Shown: positions 49,547 through 60,103 of the stretch, piece by piece
Layout of the letters: each line of letters starts with the position of its first letter
Numbering within the stretch: the stretch's first letter is position 1
NCBI GenBank assembly: GCA_029262355.1
Contig: JAJCZO010000264.1
Coordinates: 19,257-83,256, forward strand
From: Deltaproteobacteria bacterium
Lineage (GTDB): Bacteria > Desulfobacterota > Binatia > UBA12015
DNA: 64,000 nt
Reading direction: 5' to 3'
The notes under the pieces: model-generated
Seen by the model: only the letters and a program-made list of their open reading frames with translations
Database searches by the model: none
What the model was told of the DNA's origin: nothing
Position numbers and translations under genes: made by a program

Positions 49547-50070
49547 GCACTGCAGCAGAGGGGACTCAGGCGTCCGTCGCCGATTCGACGGGCGCATTCG
49601 GAAAGTACGTTCTCGTCTTGAGCATCGCGCTCGTGATCGTTCTGCTCGATCAGGTTACCAAGATCTGGATCGACACCGACATGAGGCTCTACGAGTCGAT
49701 CCCGGTCTTCGATGGTTGGTTCAGTCTCACGTACGTCCGCAACACGGGCGCGGCGTTCAGTATGTTCGCCGACCTGCCCGAAGCCTACCGCGTCCCGTTC
49801 TTCTTCGGCGTCGCGGTGCTCGCCACGGCCGCTATCCTGTACTTCGTCTACTCGACTCCGCCGTCGCAGAAGGTCGTCCTGATCGCGTGCGGCTTCGTGT
49901 TGGGGGGCGCGGTTGGAAACCTGATCGACCGGGTCGCGTACGGTTCGGTGATCGACTTTCTGGACGTCTACTACGGCGATTGGCACTGGCCGGCGTTCAA
50001 CGTGGCCGACTCGTTCATCTCGATCGGCGTAGGCCTGTTGCTGTTCAGTTCCGTTTTCACGCGCGACTGA
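49543..50070 (+). CDS. lspA: lipoprotein signal peptidase II
   Basis: The ATG overlaps the ileS TGA (ATGA) and has a CAGGAG SD. 'LDQVTKIW', 'LTYVRNTGAAFSM' and 'GGAVGNLIDRVAYGSVIDFLD'. Confidence 0.9.
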   Translation: MSTAAEGTQASVADSTGAFGKYVLVLSIALVIVLLDQVTKIWIDTDMRLYESIPVFDGWFSLTYVRNTGAAFSMFADLPEAYRVPFFFGVAVLATAAILYFVYSTPPSQKVVLIACGFVLGGAVGNLIDRVAYGSVIDFLDVYYGDWHWPAFNVADSFISIGVGLLLFSSVFTRD

Positions 50071-50346
50071 TACCGGTCCGACCTTCCGAAATCGCCCGTC
50101 TCGCAGAGACGCCTACATCGCCCCAGGGAGTGCCGCGCAGGCCGCGGCGGAGCAGGGGGTGGGCTCGGCTTCGTGCACGGCTGTCGCCGAAAACGGGCGG
50201 TCGTCGTCCTCTGGGATCGGCCGGTCTTCGCAGGGGTGGGTGCTCGGCGGCGAGCGCCGGGCACGCCGGCCCTATGGGGCAGTGATTGGGGGCGGGGGCG
50301 CCCCAGGGTTGCCCCGGCCCGAGGCTTCAGCGATCTTTCCAGCGGA

Positions 50347-51357
50347 GTGCCGGCCGACCGCTTTCTCCTGATCCGCCTGAGCGCCGTCGGTGACGTGGTG
50401 AACACGCTGCCGACGCTGTCTCTGCTTCGCCGGGCTCGTCCCGACGCGACGATCGGCTTCGCCGTGGAGGACCGTGCTCGGGACCTGCTCGACGGGCATC
50501 CGCTGGTCGACCGCGTTCACGTGTTCCCGCGTCGTCGTTGGCGGGAGATGCGGCACGAGCCGGGCCGCTGGGGGCAGCTCCGGTCTGAGTTCTTGGAGTA
50601 CGTCGGCGGGATCCGCGCGCCTCGGTACCAGGTCGCGATCGACGTTCAGGGCAACGTGAAGGGGGGCGTCCACGCTTATTTCTCCGGCGCGCCCACCCGG
50701 ATCGGGTTTGCGCGTGGCTACGATCGCGAGCTGAACCACTGGCTCTCGACCGAGCGGGTCGTGCCGCCCGGGGATCGCCCGCATCGGGTCGACAAGTTCG
50801 CTTCGCTCCTGGGCCCGTTGGGGATTCAGGATACGACTCGCGAGTGGGTCTTTCCGCCCACCGAGGCCGCAGAGGGCGTGATTGCGAACTTCCTCGCGTC
50901 GAGCGGGCTGGCCGGCGGTGAAGCGGTCCTGATCCATCCTGGCACGAGCGGGCGCGGCACGGCCAAGCGGTGGCCGCCCGAGCGTTTTGCTCAGCTCGCG
51001 CGTCGGATCGGAGATGAGCTCGGTCGTGCGATCGTGGTGACCTGGGGGCCGGGGGAAGAGGAGCTTGCTCGCTCGGTGGTCGCGGGGAACGAACGCGCAG
51101 TCGTGGCTCCGCAAACGGGCTCTCTTCTGGAGCTTCTGAGCCTGGTCCGATCTGCAGCCGTCTTCGTTTCGGCGGATACGGGGCCCATGCATCTGGCGGC
51201 GGCGAGCGGCGTCTCGTGCGTCGCCCTCTTTGGTCCCAAGGATCCAGCAGTTTACGCTCCTTACGGCGAGGGGCACGTCGTGTTGTACCGGCCGGACGGC
51301 ATGGACCAGATTTCGGTCGACGAGGCCCTCGGCGCGGTCGGAAGCCTGCTGGAGTGA
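50347..51357 (+). CDS. GT9-family glycosyltransferase (heptosyltransferase-like)
   Basis: 'RFLLIRLSAVGDVVNTLPTL' and 'SADTGPMHLAAASG'. The start is uncertain: GTG 50347 is preferred, and the track ORF from 50173 adds an Arg-rich, non-protein-like N-terminus. Confidence 0.78.
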   Translation: MPADRFLLIRLSAVGDVVNTLPTLSLLRRARPDATIGFAVEDRARDLLDGHPLVDRVHVFPRRRWREMRHEPGRWGQLRSEFLEYVGGIRAPRYQVAIDVQGNVKGGVHAYFSGAPTRIGFARGYDRELNHWLSTERVVPPGDRPHRVDKFASLLGPLGIQDTTREWVFPPTEAAEGVIANFLASSGLAGGEAVLIHPGTSGRGTAKRWPPERFAQLARRIGDELGRAIVVTWGPGEEELARSVVAGNERAVVAPQTGSLLELLSLVRSAAVFVSADTGPMHLAAASGVSCVALFGPKDPAVYAPYGEGHVVLYRPDGMDQISVDEALGAVGSLLE

Positions 51358-51358
51358 A

Positions 51359-52513
51359 ATGAGACGTTGGCTGGCCATTGCGGCGGTGTCCGGCCTGCTT
51401 GCGGGCGTGCTGCTCTCGATCACGCCGCCCCAGAACGCGTACGACGGCCCGCTCCGGTTCGCGCATGAACTCGCCGAGGGGCGGACGCACCTACCGGCCT
51501 TCGTTCCGTGGCTCGAGATGTTTCGCCATGATGGGCGCGATTATCTCGCGTATCCCCCCATGGTCAGTTTCGTCCTCGTGCCCTACGCGATCTTGGCCGG
51601 CGGGCTAGGGCAGGCGGTGGCAAATACGCTCTTCATCCTGGGCTCGGCGTTGTTGTTGTTTGGATTGATGCGGAAGCTTCCCGGGGTCGAGTCGCTCGCT
51701 GGGCGGGCCGCCGTGGCCTACACGGTCGGCTCGCCGATGCTGTACTCGGCGTCTGCGGGGGATGTGTGGGTCTTGATGCACAGCGAGGGGAACTTCTTTT
51801 TGTTCCTCACGCTGTTCTTCGTTCTCGTGCGCCGCCATCTTCTGGTCGCCGGATTCTTCTTCATGGTGGCGATGCAGACCCGCTATTCGCTCGCTCTGGC
51901 CTCGCTGACGTTTGGGCTGTTGTTCCTCCAGAACGCACCGCCAGGCGCGCGTCTGCGGACGGCGTTTCGTTCTGGATTGTGGTTCACGGCCGGGGCCATC
52001 CCAGCCCTGGCTGCCGTGCTGCTATTTCAGTGGTGGACCCTTGGGGATCCCCTGATGTCACCGTACTCGGCCGGCTGGCGGGAATGGGGCCTCAAGGGAC
52101 CGCAGTTCGCTCTGAAGTACTTCTGGAACAACCTGCCGGTGTACACCTACGCGACCCCCACGGTTCTCCCGGAATTCCCGTGGTTGCGGTTCGATGCGAG
52201 CGGCCAGTCGATCTTCGTCCTGAGCCCGTTCTTCCTAGGCATCTTCCTGGCCGACGTTCGGCGCCCCTGGGTGCAGGCATTCCTGCCGACCGTCGTCGCG
52301 ACGTTCGGCTTCTACTTGATCTACTTCGGGAGCGGTTTCGCGCAGTTCGGCGCCCGATACGTCCAGGACGTCTACCCGCTTCTCCTGCCCGCGGCCCTTT
52401 CCGCGTTCGGCCGGCCGGGCCGGGGCTGGAGGATGGCGTTGAACGTGCTGTTGGCCTACTCGATCGCGATCAATGGGTACGGAGTCTACGTCACGCGCTT
52501 CCTAAATCCGTGA
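51359..52513 (+). CDS. polytopic membrane protein, GT-C-like glycosyltransferase candidate
   Basis: Trimmed to the ATG at 51359 (GGAGTGAAATG). About 10 hydrophobic helices. The first loop '[17 protein letters not shown]' resembles the ArnT/PMT 'KPPL' loop region. Confidence 0.6.
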   Translation: MRRWLAIAAVSGLLAGVLLSITPPQNAYDGPLRFAHELAEGRTHLPAFVPWLEMFRHDGRDYLAYPPMVSFVLVPYAILAGGLGQAVANTLFILGSALLLFGLMRKLPGVESLAGRAAVAYTVGSPMLYSASAGDVWVLMHSEGNFFLFLTLFFVLVRRHLLVAGFFFMVAMQTRYSLALASLTFGLLFLQNAPPGARLRTAFRSGLWFTAGAIPALAAVLLFQWWTLGDPLMSPYSAGWREWGLKGPQFALKYFWNNLPVYTYATPTVLPEFPWLRFDASGQSIFVLSPFFLGIFLADVRRPWVQAFLPTVVATFGFYLIYFGSGFAQFGARYVQDVYPLLLPAALSAFGRPGRGWRMALNVLLAYSIAINGYGVYVTRFLNP

Positions 52514-52572
52514 GGGCCGGCGAGGGGCGTTGCAATGCCGGCGCGGAGAGGCGACGATCTTCAGATCCTCTG

Positions 52573-54162
52573 ATGCCCCCACGTACCGCCATCATCATCG
52601 GCGCCGGTCCGGCCGGTCTCACCGCCGCCCTCGAACTCCTCGAGCAGACCGATGTCCAGCCACGGGTGTTCGAACTCACGGACGACGTCGGCGGGATCGC
52701 ACGGACCGTCAACTACAAGGGCAACCGAATCGACATCGGAGGGCATCGGTTCTTCTCGCGCTCCGACCGCGTGATGGATTGGTGGCAGAAGATCCTGCCG
52801 CTCCAGGCCGGGCAGGGCGACGACGAAGGCCTGCGTATCACGTATCAGAACAAGTCGCGCGACGTGGCGGTGGATGACGGCGAAGGCGCCGATCCCGCGA
52901 CCACCGATGAGGTGATGCTCGTGCGCGAGCGGGTGTCGCGGATTTTCTTCAACCGCCGCTTCTTCGATTACCCCGTGAGCTTGAGCCCGGACACCATCCG
53001 AAACCTGGGCCTCTTCGAGACGTTTCGAATCGGTTTGTCGTACATCAAGAAGAAGGTGACGCCGGATCGCGAAGAGCGCTCGCTCGAAGATTTCTTCATC
53101 AATCGCTTCGGCGACCGACTCTACCGAACCTTCTTCAAGGACTACACCGAGAAGGTTTGGGGCGTGGGCTGCAGCGAGATCAAGCCGGAGTGGGGCGCGC
53201 AGCGGGTGAAGGGGCTGTCCGTGACGACCGCCGTTCTTCATGCAGCGAAGCGCATCTTCGTGCGGGATCGAAGCATTGGACAAAAGGGGTCGGAGACCAG
53301 CCTCATCGAGCGGTTTCTCTATCCGAAGCACGGCCCCGGCCAGATGTGGAAAGAAGTGGCCAAGCGCGTCGAGGAGAAGGGCGGCACGATCGAGTTCGAG
53401 AAGAAGGCCGTTCGGCTCCATGCCGACGGAAACGAGATCCGCTCGGTCGAGTTTCGAGACGAGAAGACCGGCGAGATCGAAACCGTCGAGGGTGATTTCT
53501 TCTTCTCGACGATGCCCGTCCGCGATCTGGTGGAGAACCTCGAGGCCGAGGTGCCGCCCGAGGCGCGGCGCGTGGCCGCCGGGCTCATCTACCGAGATTT
53601 CCTGACGGTGGGGCTTCTGCTGCCCCAGCTCAAGGTGCAAGGCGAGGCTCGGCCCGGCATGCCCAAGGGGCTCGTTCCGGACAACTGGATCTACATCCAA
53701 GAGCGAGACGTGAAGGTGGGACGACTCCAGATCTTCAACAACTGGAGCCCGTACATGGTGGCCGCGCCCGGCAAGATCTGGATCGGGCTCGAGTACTTCT
53801 GCAATGAGGGCGACGAGCTCTGGACGATGTCCGACGAGGACCTCGCCCGGTTCGGAGCCGAGGAGCTGCAGAAGATCGACATCGTGAACGCCGCAGACGT
53901 TGAAGACAGCGTCGTCATTCGCGTGCCGAAGACGTACCCGGCCTACTTCGGCACCTACGACGAGTTCGACGTCGCCCGCGAGTATCTCGATTCGATCGAG
54001 AACCTCTTCCTCGTCGGCCGCAACGGCATGCACCGCTACAACAACCAGGACCACTCGATGCTGACCGCCATGGTCGCGGTGGAGAACATCCGCGACGGCG
54101 TCGTTGACAAAGACAACATCTGGGCGGTGAACACCGAAGAGGAATATCACGAGGAGAAGTGA
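52573..54162 (+). CDS. NAD(P)/FAD-dependent oxidoreductase (amine-oxidase/UDP-galactopyranose-mutase-like fold)
   Basis: Trimmed to the ATG at 52573. '[18 protein letters not shown]' is a dinucleotide-binding GxGxxG motif and '[22 protein letters not shown]' follows. The 269 upstream codons of the track ORF overlap the previous gene in another frame. Confidence 0.8.
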   Translation: MPPRTAIIIGAGPAGLTAALELLEQTDVQPRVFELTDDVGGIARTVNYKGNRIDIGGHRFFSRSDRVMDWWQKILPLQAGQGDDEGLRITYQNKSRDVAVDDGEGADPATTDEVMLVRERVSRIFFNRRFFDYPVSLSPDTIRNLGLFETFRIGLSYIKKKVTPDREERSLEDFFINRFGDRLYRTFFKDYTEKVWGVGCSEIKPEWGAQRVKGLSVTTAVLHAAKRIFVRDRSIGQKGSETSLIERFLYPKHGPGQMWKEVAKRVEEKGGTIEFEKKAVRLHADGNEIRSVEFRDEKTGEIETVEGDFFFSTMPVRDLVENLEAEVPPEARRVAAGLIYRDFLTVGLLLPQLKVQGEARPGMPKGLVPDNWIYIQERDVKVGRLQIFNNWSPYMVAAPGKIWIGLEYFCNEGDELWTMSDEDLARFGAEELQKIDIVNAADVEDSVVIRVPKTYPAYFGTYDEFDVAREYLDSIENLFLVGRNGMHRYNNQDHSMLTAMVAVENIRDGVVDKDNIWAVNTEEEYHEEK

Positions 54163-54255
54163 GCGGAGGGGCCGTTGGTGGCCCGATTGGGGGCGCGCCG
54201 AAGGCCCTGCCCGGGGAACGTGGATGAGCCGCTCGCGTTCGTTATAAGGGTCGGG

Positions 54256-55266
54256 ATGCAGGAACGGTTGATCTTCCTGGTAGGGGCGCCCCGGTCGGGC
54301 ACCACCCTGCTGGCGCGCATTCTATCTGCGCACTCGGCCGTGTATGGCCGGGCTGAGCCGCATCTGATCACGCCGCTGGCCCATCTGGGCTACTACGCGA
54401 GCGTTCAGAAGGCGCCGTACGACCCGTTCAACGTCCAGCAGGCGGTCCACGAGTTCGTCGAGGATCTGCCCCGCGGCGAGGACGACTACCTCGATGCGCT
54501 GCGCGCCTATGCGGACACTATGTATGGCCGCATGCTCGACACAGCCGAGGGCAAGCAGTTCCTCCTCGACAAGACGCCGGCGTACGCGCTGGTGCTCCCG
54601 TTTCTCACGAAGCTTTACCCGACGGCGAAGTATGTCGTTCTCACCCGCCACCCGCTCGCGATCCTCACGTCGTACGTGAACTCGTTCTTCGATGGTGAGT
54701 GGGAAGTGGCTCTGAGTCACAACCCGATTCTCGAGCGCTACGTGCCGGCCCTGGCGAAGATGGTTCGTGAGAAGCCGGTCGCGCTGGAGCACGTCCGCTA
54801 CGAGGAGTTCGTTGCTGACCCGGAGAAGGGGTTTCGCGCGATGTGCGAGTACCTCGGGATTCCGTTCGAAGCGTCGGCGATCGACTACCAGGAGTCCAGT
54901 GAAGGGTTCGAGGGCCTGGGCGATCCCACGGGTGTCCACCAGCACGATCGCCCCGTGACGTCGTCGATCGGGAGCTGGGCGGGCGAGATCGCGGCGAATC
55001 CCGAGACCCTCACCTTGGTGCGGAATCTCGTCGATGCGCTTGATCCGGCCGATCTCGCGACGTTGGGATACCCGCGCGATGAGATCATGGCGCAGCTCGG
55101 CGAGGCCGAGGGCAAGGGCGGCAAGCCCCGGAAGCGCAAAGCTCCGCTGCGCTACTCCATGCAGCGAAAGGTCCTGGTTGGGCTGCGCAAAAACATCCAC
55201 GAGAACGCGCTGGGACGGCTCCTGAAGCGGCTGCGCTTCGCCCTGGACGTCCTCCTGCGCGAGTAA
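54256..55266 (+). CDS. sulfotransferase-family protein
   Basis: 'LIFLVGAPRSGTTLLARIL' is a PAPS 5'-phosphosulfate-binding loop and 'YVVLTRHPLAILTS' is a 3'-PB-like region. Confidence 0.72.
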   Translation: MQERLIFLVGAPRSGTTLLARILSAHSAVYGRAEPHLITPLAHLGYYASVQKAPYDPFNVQQAVHEFVEDLPRGEDDYLDALRAYADTMYGRMLDTAEGKQFLLDKTPAYALVLPFLTKLYPTAKYVVLTRHPLAILTSYVNSFFDGEWEVALSHNPILERYVPALAKMVREKPVALEHVRYEEFVADPEKGFRAMCEYLGIPFEASAIDYQESSEGFEGLGDPTGVHQHDRPVTSSIGSWAGEIAANPETLTLVRNLVDALDPADLATLGYPRDEIMAQLGEAEGKGGKPRKRKAPLRYSMQRKVLVGLRKNIHENALGRLLKRLRFALDVLLRE

Positions 55267-55345
55267 GCCCCATTTCCCTGGTCGTGGGAGCATGGGGCTC
55301 GGAAGGTCGTCGAATCAAAAGCCCCTGTCTGCTAGCGTTTTTCCG

Positions 55346-57970
55346 ATGACCGGCGCCGAGATCCGACAGAGCTTCGTCGACTTCTTCCGCGCGCGCGACC
55401 ACCGGATCGTGCCGAGCGCGCGGATCGTCCCCGAGAGCGACCCGTCCCTGATGTTCATCAATGCGGGGATGGTTCCGTTCAAGAACGTCTTCCTCGGTGT
55501 CGAGAAGCCGCTGTCGCCGCGCGTCGCGGACGCACAGAAGTGCCTGCGTATCTCAGGCAAGCACAACGATCTCGATGACGTCGGGCGCGATGTCTATCAC
55601 CAGACGTTCTTCGAGATGCTCGGCAACTGGTCGTTTGGCGACTACTACAAGGCCGAGGCGATCGCGGGGGCGTGGGAGCTTCTCACGAAGGTGTGGGGCC
55701 TCCCCAAAGACAAGCTCTACGCGACCGTCTACGAGACCGACGCCGAGGCCGAGGCCCTGTGGTCCAAGATTACCGACATCTCCGCCGACCGCGTCCTGCG
55801 CTTCGGCGCGAAGGACAACTTCTGGGAGATGGGCGAGACCGGGCCGTGCGGCCCGTGCTCCGAGATTCACGTCGACCGCGGCCCGGGCACGTGTGACCAG
55901 CCTCCGGGGCATGTCTGCGGCGTCAATACCGAGTGCGCTCGCTACATGGAGATCTGGAACCTCGTCTTCATCCAGAACGACCGCGCCGCCGACGGAAGCC
56001 TCGGCGACCTGCCGGCGAAGCACGTCGACACGGGCATGGGCCTCGAGCGCGTCACGGCGCTCCTGCAGGAGGTCGACGGAAACTACGATTGTGACCTGAT
56101 GCGTGGGCTCATCGGTGTCGCCGAGGACTTGTCGGGCACGCCGTACGGCGGCGGGATGGGCGCCGACGACGTCGCGTTCCGGGTCATCGCAGACCATGCC
56201 AGAGCGGTCGCGGTCATGATCGCCGACGGGATTCTCCCGTCGAACGAAGGGCGAGGCTACGTGCTGCGTCGGCTGCTTCGTCGCGCGGCGCGGCAGGGAC
56301 GCGTGCTCACGCTCGAGGACCCGTTTCTCGGCAAGGTCACCGATCGCGCGATCGAGATCCTCGGCGTCGCCTACCCCGAGCTCGTCGAGTCGGGCGCCCG
56401 CATTCACTCGACCGTCACGGGCGAGGAGGAGCGGTTCGCGGAAACGCTCGAGAAAGGGCTGGGACTTCTCGAGGACGAGGTCGGGAAGCTCGAGTCGCGC
56501 GGCGACGCGACGCTTGCCGGGGACGTCGCGTTCAAGCTGTACGACACGTACGGCTTTCCGCTCGATCTCACGCAAGACATCCTGCGCGAGAAGGGTCTCG
56601 CCGTAGATGAGGCCGGTTTCGAGTCTTCGATGGAAGGGCAGCGGGCCCGGGCGCGCGAAGGTGCACGGTTCAGCACCTCGAAGGGGGGCGGCTTCTCCGG
56701 CGTGGTGTCGAGCTTCGCAGGTGACGGCGTGGATGTGCTGGAGTCGAGGATCGTTGCCTTGGCAATCGACGGTGATGAGAAGGATGAAGCGCGCGAAGGG
56801 GAAGCGGTCGAGGTCGTCACCGAACAGACGCCGTTCTACGGCGAGTCTGGTGGTCAGGTCGGCGATCGCGGCTTGATCGAGTTGTCCGACGGTTCGCTCA
56901 TTGAGATCGAGGATACCCAGAAGCCGCGTCCGGATCTGATCGTGCATCGCGGCCGCGTGAAGAGTGGCGCGGTCCGTACCGGTCAGGCGGCGCGCCTCTC
57001 GATCGACACCGGGCATCGCGGTGCCACGCGGCTCAACCATTCTGCGACCCATATCCTTCACGCGGCTCTGCGAAATCACCTCGGCGATCAGGTCCACCAG
57101 GCGGGCTCGCTCGTCACCCCCGATCGACTGCGCTTCGACTTCACCCACGAAGCCCGGCTCACGGACGAGCAGATCACGGCCATCGAGGCCGAGGTCAACC
57201 AGCACGTCCGCGCCAACGCGGACGTCTCCGCCGACGAGATGTCCTACGACGACGCGATCGCGGCGGGGGCACTCGCCTTCTTCGGCGACAAGTACGGTGA
57301 CCGGGTGCGCGTGCTGCGCATGGGCGATTTCTCCACGGAGCTCTGCGGGGGAACGCACGTGTCGCGGACCGGAGACATCGGTCTCTTCAAGTTGCGGGCC
57401 GAGTCGGCGGTCGGCGCAGGTGTGCGCCGGATCGAGGCGCTCACGGGCGAGGGTGCTCTCTCGCTGGTCCGCCAGAAGGAATCCGAGCTGCGTGAGATAG
57501 CGAGCCTTCTGAGGAGCAGTGAGGAGGACGTCGCAGATCGACTGGGCAAGCTCCTCGCATCGCAGAAGGATCTGGAGAAACGCCTCGCCGAAACGCAGGC
57601 CAAGCTCGTCTCGGGCGCCTCGCAGGATTTACTGGACGGGGTCCGGGACGTCGGTGGCGTCAAGGTGCTCGCTCGCCGTGTCGACCAGATCGACGCGAAG
57701 GTGCTGCGTGAGCTCTCGGACAAGATCCGTGACAAGATCCAGTCTGGTGTCGTGATTCTCGGTGGGACCGACGGGGCGAAAGTCCTGCTCATCGCGGCCG
57801 TGACGAAGGATCTCACCAAGAAGTTCAATGCCGGCGCGCTGATCAAGGAGATGGCTCCGTTGGTCGGCGGGGGCGGGGGTGGACGTCCCGACTTCGCGCA
57901 GGCGGGCGGCAAAGACCCGTCTGGTCTCGACGCCGCGCTCGAGCGCGCCTTCGAGTTGCTCGGCTCATGA
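55346..57970 (+). CDS. alaS: alanine--tRNA ligase
   Basis: 'IRQSFVDFFRARDHRIVPSA', 'FEMLGNWSFGDYYK', the editing-domain motifs 'HSATHILHAAL' and 'CGGTHV', and a C-terminal DHHA1 domain. Confidence 0.97.
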   Translation: MTGAEIRQSFVDFFRARDHRIVPSARIVPESDPSLMFINAGMVPFKNVFLGVEKPLSPRVADAQKCLRISGKHNDLDDVGRDVYHQTFFEMLGNWSFGDYYKAEAIAGAWELLTKVWGLPKDKLYATVYETDAEAEALWSKITDISADRVLRFGAKDNFWEMGETGPCGPCSEIHVDRGPGTCDQPPGHVCGVNTECARYMEIWNLVFIQNDRAADGSLGDLPAKHVDTGMGLERVTALLQEVDGNYDCDLMRGLIGVAEDLSGTPYGGGMGADDVAFRVIADHARAVAVMIADGILPSNEGRGYVLRRLLRRAARQGRVLTLEDPFLGKVTDRAIEILGVAYPELVESGARIHSTVTGEEERFAETLEKGLGLLEDEVGKLESRGDATLAGDVAFKLYDTYGFPLDLTQDILREKGLAVDEAGFESSMEGQRARAREGARFSTSKGGGFSGVVSSFAGDGVDVLESRIVALAIDGDEKDEAREGEAVEVVTEQTPFYGESGGQVGDRGLIELSDGSLIEIEDTQKPRPDLIVHRGRVKSGAVRTGQAARLSIDTGHRGATRLNHSATHILHAALRNHLGDQVHQAGSLVTPDRLRFDFTHEARLTDEQITAIEAEVNQHVRANADVSADEMSYDDAIAAGALAFFGDKYGDRVRVLRMGDFSTELCGGTHVSRTGDIGLFKLRAESAVGAGVRRIEALTGEGALSLVRQKESELREIASLLRSSEEDVADRLGKLLASQKDLEKRLAETQAKLVSGASQDLLDGVRDVGGVKVLARRVDQIDAKVLRELSDKIRDKIQSGVVILGGTDGAKVLLIAAVTKDLTKKFNAGALIKEMAPLVGGGGGGRPDFAQAGGKDPSGLDAALERAFELLGS

Positions 57971-58953
57971 CCAGCCCCGCGCGACCGTCGGCCGAATCCG
58001 GCGGCGCATCGGCCATCCTCGTCGAGGTGGCGGATGCCGCGCTGCTTCCGACACTTTTCGGAAATCACGACGAGCATCTCAAGATCATCGCGACGGAGAC
58101 CGGCGCCGATCTCATTCCCCGCGAGTCGGGGATCGAACTGCGCGGCGACGAGTTGCAGGTCGAGTTGGCCGCTCGGGTCGTGCGGCAGCTCATCGAGCTC
58201 CTCGAGCAGGGTTATCCTCTGTTCCCGTCCGACGTCGAGTACGGAATCCGAATCCTGTCGGCCGACCACACCGCCCACTTGGGCGAGATCTTCCTCGATA
58301 CGATCTTCATTTCCGCCCAGAAGCGGACGATCGCGCCGAAGTCGATCGCGCAGAAGCACTACATCGACTCCATGCGCAAGAACGACATCGTCTTTGGGAT
58401 TGGTCCCGCCGGTACCGGGAAGACCTATCTCGCGATGGCGATGGCGGTCGCCGCCCTGTCGCGTAACGAGGTCGCGCGCATCGTGCTCACGCGTCCCGCG
58501 GTCGAGGCCGGTGAGCGTCTGGGGTTCCTGCCCGGCGACCTCGCCGAGAAGGTGAATCCCTATCTGAGGCCACTCTATGACGCGTTGAATGACATGGTCG
58601 ATGTCGATCGAGCGCGCCGCTACATGGAGCGCGGTACGATCGAGGTGGCCCCGCTCGCGTTCATGCGGGGGCGTACACTGAACGATGCGTTCGTGATCCT
58701 CGACGAGGCGCAGAACACCACGCGCGAGCAAATGAAGATGTTCCTCACGCGCTTGGGCTTCGGCTCGCAGGCGGTGATCACGGGCGACGTCACGCAGATC
58801 GATCTGCCGGCCGGCCGGGACTCCGGACTCATCGAGGCCCGCGAGGTCTTGCAGGATGTTCCGGGCATCCGCTTCGTCCAGTTCTCGGAACGGGACGTGG
58901 TTCGGCATCGGCTGGTGTCGGCGATCATCACCGCCTACGACCGGCTACTCTGA
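57967..58953 (+). CDS. phoH: PhoH-family ATPase
   Basis: 'GIGPAGTGKTYLAMAMAV' is a Walker A motif and 'FVILDEAQNTT' a Walker B motif. The gene lies upstream of ybeY, as in many bacteria, and overlaps alaS by ATGA. Confidence 0.9.
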   Translation: MTSPARPSAESGGASAILVEVADAALLPTLFGNHDEHLKIIATETGADLIPRESGIELRGDELQVELAARVVRQLIELLEQGYPLFPSDVEYGIRILSADHTAHLGEIFLDTIFISAQKRTIAPKSIAQKHYIDSMRKNDIVFGIGPAGTGKTYLAMAMAVAALSRNEVARIVLTRPAVEAGERLGFLPGDLAEKVNPYLRPLYDALNDMVDVDRARRYMERGTIEVAPLAFMRGRTLNDAFVILDEAQNTTREQMKMFLTRLGFGSQAVITGDVTQIDLPAGRDSGLIEAREVLQDVPGIRFVQFSERDVVRHRLVSAIITAYDRLL

Positions 58954-58964
58954 CGAGTGGTAGA

Positions 58965-59411
58965 ATGTCGAGCCCCTGCGTCGACGTGACCACGGCCCGG
59001 GGCTTTGGGCGCCACTCGGCCGACGTGGAGCGCTGGGCCCGCGACAGCCTGCGCTTCTTGGAGGAATCCGGCAGCGAGCTGTCGGTTGCGCTCATCGACG
59101 ACGCCGCCATGGAAGGCCTCAACAGTACGTGGCGCGGAAAGGACCGGACGACGGACGTTCTGGCGTTCGCGCAGCGAGAGGGCGAGGAGATGGGCGCTCC
59201 TGGGCTTCTCGGCGACGTCGTAATCTCGGTTCCGACGGCGCAACGCCAGGCCGCTGAGCGTGGCCACTCCCTCGACCGGGAGCTCCGCGAACTCCTCGTG
59301 CACGGCATCCTGCACCTGCTCGGCTACGATCACGAGCGCTCGCCGGCCGAGGCGCGACGCATGTTCGAACGTCAGCGCGAGGTGCTGGCCGCGCTGGAAG
59401 ACGCGGTCTGA
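58965..59411 (+). CDS. ybeY: rRNA maturation endoribonuclease YbeY
   Basis: 'LLVHGILHLLGYDHE' is the H-x-x-x-H-x-x-x-x-x-H zinc motif. Confidence 0.9.
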   Translation: MSSPCVDVTTARGFGRHSADVERWARDSLRFLEESGSELSVALIDDAAMEGLNSTWRGKDRTTDVLAFAQREGEEMGAPGLLGDVVISVPTAQRQAAERGHSLDRELRELLVHGILHLLGYDHERSPAEARRMFERQREVLAALEDAV

Positions 59412-59470
59412 GGCAGGCCCCCTTCGCTCGGGCCGGCCGAGCGGGCAGAATCAGCGGCCGGAGACGGGAG

Positions 59471-60103
59471 ATGGGTGTGGCATCGGCAGGCAAGACCGCA
59501 GGGGACGTGCGCGCGGCCAGGACGAGCCCCGTCGGTGGGGTGATCGCCCTCACGGTCGTCACGCTGACCGCGTACTTCTATTTCTATCTGTACCGGTCGC
59601 TCACCCGGTTCGAAGAAGATGCCTCCAGTGAGGCGGTCCGTGTCGAGGTTCGCCGGACGCGTCGCTTCGTGACGGCCGGCCTCTTGTTGCAGTTCGTCGC
59701 GGTGATGGTCCTCCTTGCCGGTGTCGTGCCGATCCTCACCGATCCAAGCAGCCAAGAAGAGATCTGGAAGGCGTTCGAACAGGGGCGCATCGAGGTGCCG
59801 GCGGGACTGGCTCGCGCCAACGCGTGGTCTCAGCTCCTGACCTGGATCGGCTGGATCGCGTTGTGGGCCCCGGTGTTCGCGTTCCTCGCAGGTGCCTTGC
59901 GGGCCGAGGGCGAACCGATCGGCAGTGCCGGCTTTGGGGGCGTTCTCGTCGGCTTCCGGGTTGCGGTGGGCGTCGGAGGTCTCGTCGGCCTCGGAGGTCT
60001 CGCTTCGGCGGTCTCCTATCTCGACGCGATCTTCTACCTGGTGCTGGTTGGCTGTTGCGTGTCCGCTGCCAATGACGTGTGGGTCGCTCGGGCGCGTTCC
60101 TAA
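59471..60103 (+). CDS. hypothetical membrane protein (4 predicted helices)
   Basis: 210-aa ORF with high GC3 and hydrophobic helices such as 'VIALTVVTLTAYFYFYLY' and 'LLLQFVAVMVLLAGVV'. I recognise no family. Confidence 0.5.
   Translation: MGVASAGKTAGDVRAARTSPVGGVIALTVVTLTAYFYFYLYRSLTRFEEDASSEAVRVEVRRTRRFVTAGLLLQFVAVMVLLAGVVPILTDPSSQEEIWKAFEQGRIEVPAGLARANAWSQLLTWIGWIALWAPVFAFLAGALRAEGEPIGSAGFGGVLVGFRVAVGVGGLVGLGGLASAVSYLDAIFYLVLVGCCVSAANDVWVARARS

Noticed and set aside
50071-50346. The 276-nt gap after lspA as a possible hidden gene or ncRNA. It contains a short hairpin CGTCTC-GCA-GAGACG near 50097-50111, and track ORFs 50159-50371 and 49971-50405 fall here.
   Set aside because: The ORFs are Arg/Pro-rich junk. 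The hairpin is short and lacks a U-tract. Part of the gap may belong to the GT9 gene if it really starts at GTG 50173.
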